From the sequence record MT129652.1: a DNA stretch of 64,000 nt, one strand, 5' to 3'. The position numbers and the translations under genes are program-made. This document shows positions 44,410 through 52,105 of the stretch, piece after piece. Source of the stretch: Escherichia phage MN01. The notes under the pieces were generated by a model. That model searched no databases, had not been told where the DNA came from, and saw nothing but the letters and a program-made list of their open reading frames with translations. Every line of letters starts with the position of its first letter. Position 1 is the first letter of the stretch.

Positions 44410-44778
44410 ATGTATATTCAAAGCGATTTATCTTATCTGAATTTTGAATTAGTTAAAAATAATGATGGTAATGCTCATTATGAATTCCGTGAACCCAGGT
44501 TTAATCAGGCGATTGGTTATATCATCGTTAAAGATGATGTTATCATAAAGGCTCGCTCATTTATGGTAATGAATGGGCCTTATGAAGATACTCGTGGCTA
44601 TCCATTTGATAAAAAGAATGTACGCGATTGTGCAGCATGGATAACCGGAAACCCTGAAATTGGGGTCATGTTATCTACTGAAGCAAATGACATTCTGGAT
44701 GCTGGCTGGGTTAAAGCTCAAGAACCGCCTACTGATATTGATGACCAGATTTTTAATGCTTTCATGAAGCGAGGTTAA
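44410..44778 (+). CDS. hypothetical protein (122 aa) with DDQIFNAFMKR tail
   Basis: Ends IDDQIFNAFMKRG. Confidence 0.55.
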   Translation: MYIQSDLSYLNFELVKNNDGNAHYEFREPRFNQAIGYIIVKDDVIIKARSFMVMNGPYEDTRGYPFDKKNVRDCAAWITGNPEIGVMLSTEANDILDAGWVKAQEPPTDIDDQIFNAFMKRG

Positions 44779-44779
44779 T

Positions 44780-44971
44780 ATGACTGCAATGTGTACGGGC
44801 TCTAAGATTTCGGTCTTCCAGATTTTTGAAGAATATGAAATCGTGTCGCAAGACCAAGAAGCAATCCATGTTATTGCTGATGATGGGGTTACCTGGATTA
44901 TTCCGTTGTATCATGAAGACACTTATGAAGTGACTGATGCAAATGGTGATAAAGCTATCTTCGTTGTATAA
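44780..44971 (+). CDS. hypothetical acidic protein (63 aa)
   Basis: SD GAGGT. Confidence 0.5.
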   Translation: MTAMCTGSKISVFQIFEEYEIVSQDQEAIHVIADDGVTWIIPLYHEDTYEVTDANGDKAIFVV

Positions 44972-44974
44972 ATA
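44967..44974 (+). promoter_or_regulatory. late promoter TATAAATA
   Basis: Exact 8-mer 17 nt upstream of ATG 44991. Confidence 0.6.
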
Positions 44975-44990
44975 GCGGAAAGGGGGTGTT

Positions 44991-45158
44991 ATGAAAACAT
45001 TCAAAGATTTTATCAACGAAGATATGGTTGCCGGTGATGCAGGCGGAAACCCAACTAATATCGCAACAGGTACCACTTCCGGGGCAGTTGTCAATAAAGG
45101 CCCTGAACAAATCCCATCAAAAAAGCGTAAGAACAAAGACGATAAACCTACAGTATAA
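44991..45158 (+). CDS. 55-aa protein with capsid-targeting-like N-terminus
   Basis: SD AAGGGGG; MKTFKDFINED resembles the IP targeting sequences MKTY[KQ]EFITEA in this window; basic tail KKRKNK. Confidence 0.5.
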   Translation: MKTFKDFINEDMVAGDAGGNPTNIATGTTSGAVVNKGPEQIPSKKRKNKDDKPTV

Positions 45159-45175
45159 TGGTCCTTCGGGGCCAT
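45158..45175 (+). terminator. GC hairpin (no T-run)
   Basis: ATGGTCC-TTCG-GGGCCAT. Confidence 0.4.
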
Positions 45176-45190
45176 TGAAATGAGGAAACT

Positions 45191-46219
45191 ATGTCATATA
45201 TTGATAAAGAATTTGCAGTCAGAGCTTTATCGTATCAACCACGTTATAGAGAAGTCACCGGGAGCACATTTAAGGCAAACTGTCGTTGCAAGGTTTGCGG
45301 TGACTCTCAGAAAGATTCACACAAGGCCCGATTCTGGGCGTATACCAATCCGGCTGACGGTGCGGTTTACGTGAAATGTTTTAACTGTGACTACTCCACG
45401 CATATAAGCAAATACATAAAAGAGTTTGAGCCTGATTTACATCGGGAATATATGGTTGAGAAGTATAAGGAGAATGCCTTTGGCAGACAACGTAATGAAG
45501 TTGCAGAAACTCCGAAAGAACCAGAAAAAACTCCGGTTATTGAGCAACTTGCTTTTTGCGAAAGAATCGATACTTTACCAGAAGCGCATCCGATAGTTAA
45601 GTATGTAAAAAGTCGGTGTATTCCGAGCAATGTTTGGAACCGGTTATGGTTTACAAACAAATGGCCTGCATTAGTTAACTCCGTTAATCCTGGGACGTAT
45701 AAGAATGAAACGAATGAACCACGCTTGGTTATTCCTATCTTCAACGGCAAAAAAGAAATCGAATCTTTCCAAGGACGAGCTCTTCGCAAAGATGCACCAC
45801 AAAAATATATCACAATCAAAGCCCACCCAGAAGCTTCCAAAGTCTATGGTGTAGACAAGATTGACGAACGCAAGCGCGTGTGGGTAATGGAAGGTCCGAT
45901 TGATAGTTTGTTTATCCCTAACAGCATTGCGATAACCGGTGGAACATTAGCATTGGAAGCCGTTCCTTATGCAGAAACCCGAGTATGGGTAATGGACAAC
46001 GAGCCAAGACATCCTGATACGATTAAACGTATGAAGAAACTTGTTGAAGCCGGTGAAGCCGTTATGTTCTGGGACAATGCACCATGGCATACGAAAGACA
46101 TAAATGAGATGGTTAAATCAGAGGGTGCAACCCCTGAACAAATCGAATCATATATGGCCGATAACGTTACTCAAGGGCTGCTGGCGAGAATGCGACTTTC
46201 GAAGTACGCAAAAGTTTAG
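45191..46219 (+). CDS. 61: DNA primase gp61
   Basis: 342 aa; zinc motif CRCKVCGDS..H..; Toprim region; collinear with T4 gp61. Confidence 0.95.
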   Translation: MSYIDKEFAVRALSYQPRYREVTGSTFKANCRCKVCGDSQKDSHKARFWAYTNPADGAVYVKCFNCDYSTHISKYIKEFEPDLHREYMVEKYKENAFGRQRNEVAETPKEPEKTPVIEQLAFCERIDTLPEAHPIVKYVKSRCIPSNVWNRLWFTNKWPALVNSVNPGTYKNETNEPRLVIPIFNGKKEIESFQGRALRKDAPQKYITIKAHPEASKVYGVDKIDERKRVWVMEGPIDSLFIPNSIAITGGTLALEAVPYAETRVWVMDNEPRHPDTIKRMKKLVEAGEAVMFWDNAPWHTKDINEMVKSEGATPEQIESYMADNVTQGLLARMRLSKYAKV

Positions 46220-46416
46220 GAAGGGATTCCGGTAAAGTAACCGATGATGGAATGGATATGTTCCATTGTGACCTGGGGTAAGTGTACCCCTTGTGATGCA
46301 GCGATAGGCACAACCAGTAAGTTCCACAGAAAAACATCAAGAGCTAAAAAGCCCATGATTAGTTTTTTGTCTTTCTTACTGGTTAATTTCCAAATCTGAT
46401 AGAATAATGTTCCCAT
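46216..46416 (-). CDS. small 2-TM membrane protein, paralog B
   Basis: SD GGTGG 4 nt upstream on the minus strand; LWNLLVVPIAASQGVHLPQV. Confidence 0.6.
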   Translation of the reverse strand: MGTLFYQIWKLTSKKDKKLIMGFLALDVFLWNLLVVPIAASQGVHLPQVTMEHIHSIIGYFTGIPS

Positions 46417-46424
46417 AGTTCCAC

Positions 46425-46622
46425 CTATACAAGGCCGATTAATGCCAGTGAAACATCTACAACCGATTCGAGCGCGACGACTGGTAATATAATACCATAT
46501 GTCAATGCAACAGGAGCAACAATGAAGTTCCAGAGTAGAACTGAACAGAGCACCGAAAGGACCAGAATCGTTCGCTTACGACTGCCTTTGATGGCTTGAA
46601 TTAGACTAGATAGTTTTAGCAT
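46425..46622 (-). CDS. small 2-TM membrane protein, paralog A
   Basis: ATG at 46622 behind a strong SD AAGGAGG; LLWNFIVAPVALTYGIILPVV. Confidence 0.65.
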   Translation of the reverse strand: MLKLSSLIQAIKGSRKRTILVLSVLCSVLLWNFIVAPVALTYGIILPVVALESVVDVSLALIGLV

Positions 46623-46638
46623 ATATCCTCCTTTCTTG

Positions 46639-46646
46639 TATTTATG
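46639..46646 (-). promoter_or_regulatory. near-consensus late promoter CATAAATA (minus strand)
   Basis: Reverse complement of TATTTATG; 17 nt upstream of the minus-strand ATG. Confidence 0.4.
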
Positions 46647-46668
46647 CTTCAAACCAATACGATATAAT
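46645..46668 (+). promoter_or_regulatory. MotA-box middle promoter TGCTTCA-N11-TATAAT (gene 56)
   Basis: Read directly. Confidence 0.5.
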
Positions 46669-46706
46669 TAACATACAAATAACATGAATTGATAAGGAAA
46701 AATATA

Positions 46707-47225
46707 ATGGCTCATTTTAACGAGTGTTCTCAACTGATTGCGGGTGTTGATAAAGCTGAAGAAGCTTATGACAATGCAATTATCGAAGGTACTGACCCGC
46801 TGCAGATTATGCTTGATATGCAGAAATCTTTGCAGGTCCGGTTGGCTACTGAAAAACCAGAATATAACTCACATCCAGATGAATTGGCTACTGCAGGTGA
46901 TGTTGTTACCTGGCTCCGCAACCAGAAAGATTATATTGATGATGAATTCCGCGAACTGATTACTGCATTAGGTGGCATGTCCAATGGCGAGAAAGCTGCC
47001 TCGGCCGTATGGAAACCATGGAAAGCACAACATGGTGAAATGCAGCAAACCCTGATTAACGATTTGTCTCCTGAAGACCAGCTCGAAATTAAATTCGAAA
47101 TGATTGATATCCTGCACTTTGTTCTGAACATGTTCCATGGTCTTGGTCTATCTGCAGAAGAAATCTTTAAACTGTATTACCTGAAAAACGCTGAGAACTT
47201 TGCTCGTCAGGACCGAGGTTATTAA
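46707..47225 (+). CDS. 56: dCTPase/dUTPase gp56
   Basis: MAHFNEC..DPLQIMLDMQ..ETAGDVV..IDDEFRELI..EIFKLYYLKNAENFARQDRGY matches T4 gp56. Confidence 0.95.
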   Translation: MAHFNECSQLIAGVDKAEEAYDNAIIEGTDPLQIMLDMQKSLQVRLATEKPEYNSHPDELATAGDVVTWLRNQKDYIDDEFRELITALGGMSNGEKAASAVWKPWKAQHGEMQQTLINDLSPEDQLEIKFEMIDILHFVLNMFHGLGLSAEEIFKLYYLKNAENFARQDRGY

Positions 47226-47506
47226 TGGCTCGTTTAAATAAACGTCAGCTTAAGAAAGCTCGTAAGAAGCATATTAATGATATAATTGAAAACGCTAATG
47301 TTGAAATCTTTGTAGAACTTTTAGCCAATCAACTAAAAAATTTATCTAAACAAGAAATTGCTATGAATACTGAAAATGCTAAAAATGTAATCGAAACTCA
47401 TAATGTTTTTGCCCAAGCTACTGCTGAATACATTGCTAATCCTACTGCTGAAAATCTAGCTAAAATGACCGAAGCCAATAAAGCAGTCCAAGCCGCCAAA
47501 TTGTAA
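47225..47506 (+). CDS. hypothetical helical protein (93 aa)
   Basis: TAATG coupling. Confidence 0.55.
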   Translation: MARLNKRQLKKARKKHINDIIENANVEIFVELLANQLKNLSKQEIAMNTENAKNVIETHNVFAQATAEYIANPTAENLAKMTEANKAVQAAKL

Positions 47507-47508
47507 GT

Positions 47509-47516
47509 TATAAATA
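47509..47516 (+). promoter_or_regulatory. late promoter TATAAATA (soc)
   Basis: Exact 8-mer 32 nt upstream of the soc ATG. Confidence 0.7.
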
Positions 47517-47547
47517 CACCTGTAATTAAACATCAAAGGAGATAATT

Positions 47548-47781
47548 ATGGGTGGTTTCGTTAATATCAAAACCTTTACGCATGCAGCTGGTGAAGGTAA
47601 AGAAGTTAAAGGTACTGAGGTTTCAGTTCCATTTGAAATCTATTCTGATGCGCATCGTATTGCTAATGCTCATTATCAGACTTTCCCTTCGGCCGTTGCA
47701 GCCTATTCTACTGTAGTGACTGATGCTGCTGACTGGAAGACCAAGAATGAGGCAATGTTTACGCCGACCGATATTGTTTAA
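47548..47781 (+). CDS. soc: small outer capsid protein Soc
   Basis: GFVNIKTF..VPFEIYSD.H.I..AHYQTFPS..AAYSTV matches T4 Soc. Confidence 0.9.
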   Translation: MGGFVNIKTFTHAAGEGKEVKGTEVSVPFEIYSDAHRIANAHYQTFPSAVAAYSTVVTDAADWKTKNEAMFTPTDIV

Positions 47782-47785
47782 TTAT

Positions 47786-47809
47786 AGGGACTCTTCGGAG
47801 TCCCTTTTT
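47786..47809 (+). terminator. rho-independent terminator
   Basis: GGGACTC-TTCG-GAGTCCC plus T5. Confidence 0.8.
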
Positions 47810-47832
47810 GCTTTTAATAGAAGCGGTATAAT
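47809..47832 (+). promoter_or_regulatory. MotA-box middle promoter TGCTTTT-N11-TATAAT
   Basis: Box starts in the terminator T-run. Confidence 0.5.
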
Positions 47833-47857
47833 TATTTCAATTACAGAGGAGAATACT

Positions 47858-48055
47858 ATGTTAAACCGTTGGATTAAACCAAATAAAGCTTTAGATGAAA
47901 TTATTGCTCATGATGTCCATTTTAAGTATGGATTGGGTGTGTTTGATGAGGTTATCGTACATTCATTCATGATGCATGACGATGACTCTTTAGAATTCAA
48001 TATTGAAATCCGATGTGATGATGGTAAAGTTGAATTTAAACGAGGTTTCCTATGA
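47858..48055 (+). CDS. hypothetical protein (65 aa)
   Basis: ATG 47858 behind SD GAGGAG. Confidence 0.5.
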   Translation: MLNRWIKPNKALDEIIAHDVHFKYGLGVFDEVIVHSFMMHDDDSLEFNIEIRCDDGKVEFKRGFL

Positions 48056-48393
48056 TTAGTTGGCTCAAGAATTTATTCAAGACTAAACCTGGTGAGGGTG
48101 TGGTTCCAGTTAACGTGCCAGATGTTAAGCTAAGAGAATATGTTTACATGGGCGACGGCATGATGGAAGAAGTGGTCAAATCGAAATCAAAAGACCTATA
48201 TTCTACAATGTCAGAAGAAGACTTACAAAAACGTTTAACTCGACTGCAAGAACAAAGAGCTCAAGCGCAAAGCAGTATCGATACTACTTCGATTGTGGTC
48301 ACCGCTGCTGCAGTCAGTTCGTGGACCGGTGATTCGTCTTATTCCTCCTATGATTCGGGAAGCTGTGATTCGTCTTCCAGCTCGTGTGATTAA
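48052..48393 (+). CDS. hypothetical protein with Ser/Cys-rich tail
   Basis: Ends SSWTGDSSYSSYDSGSCDSSSSSCD. Confidence 0.55.
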   Translation: MISWLKNLFKTKPGEGVVPVNVPDVKLREYVYMGDGMMEEVVKSKSKDLYSTMSEEDLQKRLTRLQEQRAQAQSSIDTTSIVVTAAAVSSWTGDSSYSSYDSGSCDSSSSSCD

Positions 48394-48588
48394 ATGAGAA
48401 TTACAAGTTGGCTTAAAGATTGGTTGGTTACTCCAGGGATTGATGATTCCTGGGTGGCCAGAGCCGAGGAAGAAATGCAGCGCGAAGCCGAAGAATGGGC
48501 CGTTAACGGGCTTAAAGCCATGCAGGAAAAGAAGACCGAACGAGCAGCGCTTAAACTGATGCGTGATATCTACGGAGATAAATCATGA
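48394..48588 (+). CDS. hypothetical protein (64 aa)
   Basis: Starts right after the upstream TAA. Confidence 0.5.
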   Translation: MRITSWLKDWLVTPGIDDSWVARAEEEMQREAEEWAVNGLKAMQEKKTERAALKLMRDIYGDKS

Positions 48589-48734
48589 CACAAGAAGACG
48601 CTGAACGCCGGGCAAAAGAAGCGCTGGATTTGCTTTTGAAAATTGGCAGTAAAATGATGGAAGAAAACGAAAAGTACATCAAGGAAAATAAAGTTCCTGA
48701 TGGTCCATTAGTTGGTAAGAGGAAATCATTATGA
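48585..48734 (+). CDS. hypothetical protein (49 aa)
   Basis: ATGA overlaps at both ends. Confidence 0.4.
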   Translation: MTQEDAERRAKEALDLLLKIGSKMMEENEKYIKENKVPDGPLVGKRKSL

Positions 48735-49219
48735 AAGTATATGAATTAGAATTCTATGTCCGTGATTCCGCTGGACAGACACGACCTTACGATGCTACCG
48801 CATGCCTTATCATGGTTTACAATGGCATGGATTCGGTCACTGCATTGGAAACAAAATTAATGAACCTGACGATGCCAGAAAACGTTATGCTGAAAGTATT
48901 TCATAGAAAAAACGTTAATGTGGCCGAAGGGTGCCCGTTTACTGTTTCCGAAGCTCTGCACATCAAAGGCTATCGTTATCCGGACCATTATGCAGAAGGA
49001 ACCGCGGATATTTTCTATAAAGATACTGATAAAAATTCCAATGAACGTCTTCAGGGTCGCACTTATCTGATTTCTGCACCTGAAGACCTTACTGAAGTCG
49101 AACGTCAGATTTGGAAACACTTTGATATCGGCTTGCGCTTTACTTTAACAGAAGAAGCTCTGCGCGATACTAAAATGCGTGCTCGTATGTATGGTTACGG
49201 TCCTATCGGTGGTTACTAA
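48731..49219 (+). CDS. hypothetical protein (162 aa; T4 mrh slot)
   Basis: Assignment by position and size only. Confidence 0.55.
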   Translation: MKVYELEFYVRDSAGQTRPYDATACLIMVYNGMDSVTALETKLMNLTMPENVMLKVFHRKNVNVAEGCPFTVSEALHIKGYRYPDHYAEGTADIFYKDTDKNSNERLQGRTYLISAPEDLTEVERQIWKHFDIGLRFTLTEEALRDTKMRARMYGYGPIGGY

Positions 49220-49398
49220 TGGATTTATTTGAACTTTTTGAAGAGCCTAAAGCTCCTACGGAAGCCCGTGTTGACCTAGTTGACGAACTTGATGCGATTA
49301 TACAGAAGCACGGTTTTAGCCTCCCAATGGAAGTTCTACGCGACCTGGCCTCATATTATGACGACCCACCTCCATGGGCACCATGGGTGAAACAATGA
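49219..49398 (+). CDS. hypothetical acidic protein (59 aa)
   Basis: TAATG and ATGA junctions. Confidence 0.45.
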   Translation: MDLFELFEEPKAPTEARVDLVDELDAIIQKHGFSLPMEVLRDLASYYDDPPPWAPWVKQ

Positions 49399-49649
49399 AC
49401 TGGTTAACAAATATTCCCACATCGGCGCTGGATATCGACCGTAAACATGCTCATAAGGAAATCGAGCAACAAAAAATTAATCGGTTACAAAGGCTTAAGA
49501 CTGAATCCGAGACAATTAAAGCCGAACGACCGACAGAATCGAAAAGTTCTTACTCATCATATCAATCTCCTAACTCATCATATCAATCTCCTATTGGCAT
49601 GGCCGTAGACATTGCAGTCTTTGGCGTTCCACTTGGAGTGTTTAAGTAG
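49395..49649 (+). CDS. protein with SSYQSP repeats and a C-terminal hydrophobic segment
   Basis: ATG 49395; KSSYSSYQSPNSSYQSPIGMAVDIAVFGVPLGVFK. Confidence 0.5.
   Translation: MNWLTNIPTSALDIDRKHAHKEIEQQKINRLQRLKTESETIKAERPTESKSSYSSYQSPNSSYQSPIGMAVDIAVFGVPLGVFK
49552..49593 (+). repeat. perfect 2 x 21-nt tandem repeat ACTCATCATATCAATCTCCTA
   Basis: Read directly; in-frame (SSYQSPN x2). Confidence 0.95.
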
Positions 49650-49678
49650 TTTACTTACTCCCCTCCTAATGACATAAT
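49649..49678 (+). promoter_or_regulatory. early promoter GTTTAC-N18-CATAAT
   Basis: Read directly. Confidence 0.5.
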
Positions 49679-49705
49679 GGTCTTTCTTACAACAGAGAGA
49701 CCATT

Positions 49706-50266
49706 ATGAACATCATCAAATCTGATACCGAACCCAACCAGTTAAAATTTAGTGAAATGGAGATAGCTTCATTATTTGAATGCCGCACATCAAAGGTTGA
49801 TAAGACCTTGCATTCAAATGTCAACTCAATCATCAAGTCAAGGTTGTCTATACCCGATACAGTCTTGTGGCGCGGAGTAACCCAGCAAGAGATTGATTTG
49901 TTAGATGAAGCAAAAGAATCAATGCAACCTTTTGAATTTGGACGGGTAACCTCCTTTACAGAAGACTATGGTATTGCCAGGGATTTTGCTGCAATGGAAT
50001 ATGTGACTAGGACTATCGTCAGATTGAATCAGACCAAAGCTTTTTGTTACCATGATGCGATGCGCAAAATCGCGCTTGACGTTCCACTGGAATTCTTCAA
50101 TACAGCTTCTGGTTCCGCCCGGGCAGCTACATTAAGGCGCGAAGAATACATGGACATGATTGATTCTGAGCTTGAATGGTTTGTTCCAGTTGACCAGAAA
50201 TTCGTGGTAGTTGACGCTGGATTTGTTGGTGATTATTATGTTCTTGACTGTGTACAAGAGCAATAA
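49706..50266 (+). CDS. ModA/ModB-family ADP-ribosyltransferase (modB position)
   Basis: R-S-E triad: VLWRGV, TSFTED, SELEWFVP. Confidence 0.75.
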   Translation: MNIIKSDTEPNQLKFSEMEIASLFECRTSKVDKTLHSNVNSIIKSRLSIPDTVLWRGVTQQEIDLLDEAKESMQPFEFGRVTSFTEDYGIARDFAAMEYVTRTIVRLNQTKAFCYHDAMRKIALDVPLEFFNTASGSARAATLRREEYMDMIDSELEWFVPVDQKFVVVDAGFVGDYYVLDCVQEQ

Positions 50267-50279
50267 GACACGTTAAGAT
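50251..50279 (+). promoter_or_regulatory. early promoter TGTACA-N17-TAAGAT
   Basis: -35 lies within the upstream gene's 3' end; leader CCTATCAACTACTGATGAGGA. Confidence 0.5.
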
Positions 50280-50310
50280 GTTCCTATCAACTACTGATGA
50301 GGATAATAAA

Positions 50311-50925
50311 ATGCTGTACACTGATGACGTTTTGAATGGAATTATTGACACTGCCGCTTCTAGCGAGTCTTTTCGTGACCAATGTCAAGCTGAGATTGAT
50401 GCTCTTTATACAGATAATGAGCAATCAGTACTCTGGCAGTGTATGGAAAATAAACCCGACCTGATTCAAGAAGACTTGTCCAGGATTATCCGCAACAATC
50501 TGAATACTGCACCGCCGGCAGCATTGTTCCGTGGTATATCAAAGAAAACCATGGAATACCTGGAAGATTTAAGATATGTTGGTGCAATAATTGAGTTCAA
50601 CCGTGTGATGAGTTTTTCCAGAGACTGGCAGGTTGCAAGAAATTTTGCATCATACAGTTTCTATGGCACAAGGAACATTTTCTGTATAAACAATGCACCA
50701 TATGCGTATAACTATCAGGAAGCAATCTTCAAAATGATTTGCGGTGCTCCTCCCGAAGAGTTCAATGGTGCATATCCAGAAGCAACCAGGAAGTCAAACC
50801 TACACCTGGTTAATGATGAGGATGAGTTTATGTTTCCCGCTGGGACTACGCTTCGCGTAGACTTGATTGAAACTCACCCATTGAATAACCTTTATACTGT
50901 TTGGCATTTGACTGTTTTGAACTAA
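50311..50925 (+). CDS. ModA/ModB-family ADP-ribosyltransferase (modA position)
   Basis: ATG 50311 behind SD GAGGA; ALFRGIS, MSFSRD, NDEDEFMFP. Confidence 0.75.
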   Translation: MLYTDDVLNGIIDTAASSESFRDQCQAEIDALYTDNEQSVLWQCMENKPDLIQEDLSRIIRNNLNTAPPAALFRGISKKTMEYLEDLRYVGAIIEFNRVMSFSRDWQVARNFASYSFYGTRNIFCINNAPYAYNYQEAIFKMICGAPPEEFNGAYPEATRKSNLHLVNDEDEFMFPAGTTLRVDLIETHPLNNLYTVWHLTVLN

Positions 50926-50985
50926 CCAAAGACCTTAGAACCATTATACGCAGTAAAAATAAAAGCGTTAAAGGTGAAAAAGTAG

Positions 50986-51013
50986 TGTACATGAAAGATG
51001 AACAGTGTATAAT
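50986..51013 (+). promoter_or_regulatory. early promoter TGTACA-N16-TATAAT
   Basis: Leader CATACTGAGTTACCAAAT. Confidence 0.5.
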
Positions 51014-51060
51014 AATTTCATACTGAGTTACCAAATCGTCCGTAAGATGAGAAAAATAAC

Positions 51061-51804
51061 ATGAATATGTCAAAAGAAGAGTTTGAATTAAAAGTTTACA
51101 AACGTCGCGAGCATACCAAAACGTCTGCAAAACGTCGTAACAAGGATTTCAATCTGTCTAGTAAGTATATTGCTAATCTTTTGAAACAAGAATTCTGTGC
51201 GTATTCTGGTGAACGTTTTGATGAAAATTCAACTCAAGATAAAGTTTCCTTTGAACGCTTTAACAATGATATAGGTTATATTGAAGGCAATGTTATCCCT
51301 GTCAAAACTAAGTACAACGGTTTACGTGCTGATTTATCTCTTGATGAACTTAAACGTGCACAGACTCGTTTGGCGGTGCGTATTAATGGCGGTTCTAAGA
51401 TGCCCAATAGTTTTAAAGTAACTCCTGATGGCTATTATAAAATTCGCAAAATTGTTAAAAATATTAAAGATACTGAACGTGGAATCAAGAAGCGTCAAAA
51501 ACATTTAAAAGAGCTTTATAAAAGTGGCGCTAAAGATACCACCCCTTCTGTGATTGCAGTCAAGGCTCGTATACATGGACAAATGGCTTCCATTGGAACT
51601 AGTCAACGTGGACTGAAAATGGTTATGGGTGGTCCTGACTGGCGTCTGAAAATGAAATCATCTGACGCTGAAACGCGTTACGATATGTATGATAAAATTA
51701 TTCAAGGTCTGGAGCGTTTAGATAAGTTGTCATTCATTGACCGTCTTAAACTGAAACGTGGCCTGCCTTTGAACGCGTCAATTTTTAAACTGATTAGAGG
51801 TTAA
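51061..51804 (+). CDS. hypothetical protein in the T4 srd slot with a degenerate HNH-like segment
   Basis: 247 aa; SFERFNNDIGYIEGNVIPV..N resembles ..R.DN..GY..GNV..; identity by position. Confidence 0.55.
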   Translation: MNMSKEEFELKVYKRREHTKTSAKRRNKDFNLSSKYIANLLKQEFCAYSGERFDENSTQDKVSFERFNNDIGYIEGNVIPVKTKYNGLRADLSLDELKRAQTRLAVRINGGSKMPNSFKVTPDGYYKIRKIVKNIKDTERGIKKRQKHLKELYKSGAKDTTPSVIAVKARIHGQMASIGTSQRGLKMVMGGPDWRLKMKSSDAETRYDMYDKIIQGLERLDKLSFIDRLKLKRGLPLNASIFKLIRG

Positions 51805-51808
51805 TGTG

Positions 51809-52105
51809 ATGTACTACGCATATGTGCTGGTCCACAAAGATAAAGATGGTTTTGAACACCCATTGGAGTATAATGGAAAGGTTACCTTATACACCACAAA
51901 AGCGGGCGCAGAATATGAACTTGCCAACTATTCATATACTACAAACCGATATTTAAGTATGGGACGTATTGAAACCAGTTACATTCCCAGGAAGTGGTGG
52001 TTTGATAAACGGGAAACAAAAACAGTTTTTCCTACTGAAGAACACGCACGAGAATTGAAACAGGTTTTATATACTTTATATGTTAAGCGAGTAAAATTGG
52101 CATGA
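51809..52105 (+). CDS. hypothetical protein (dda.1 slot)
   Basis: ATG 51809, 8 nt after GAGG (GTG 51806 also possible). Confidence 0.55.
   Translation: MYYAYVLVHKDKDGFEHPLEYNGKVTLYTTKAGAEYELANYSYTTNRYLSMGRIETSYIPRKWWFDKRETKTVFPTEEHARELKQVLYTLYVKRVKLA

Noticed and set aside
45180-45374. 64-aa + strand ORF overlapping the primase start in another frame
   Set aside because: The gp61 frame is unambiguous by homology, and the alternative frame is Arg-rich noise.
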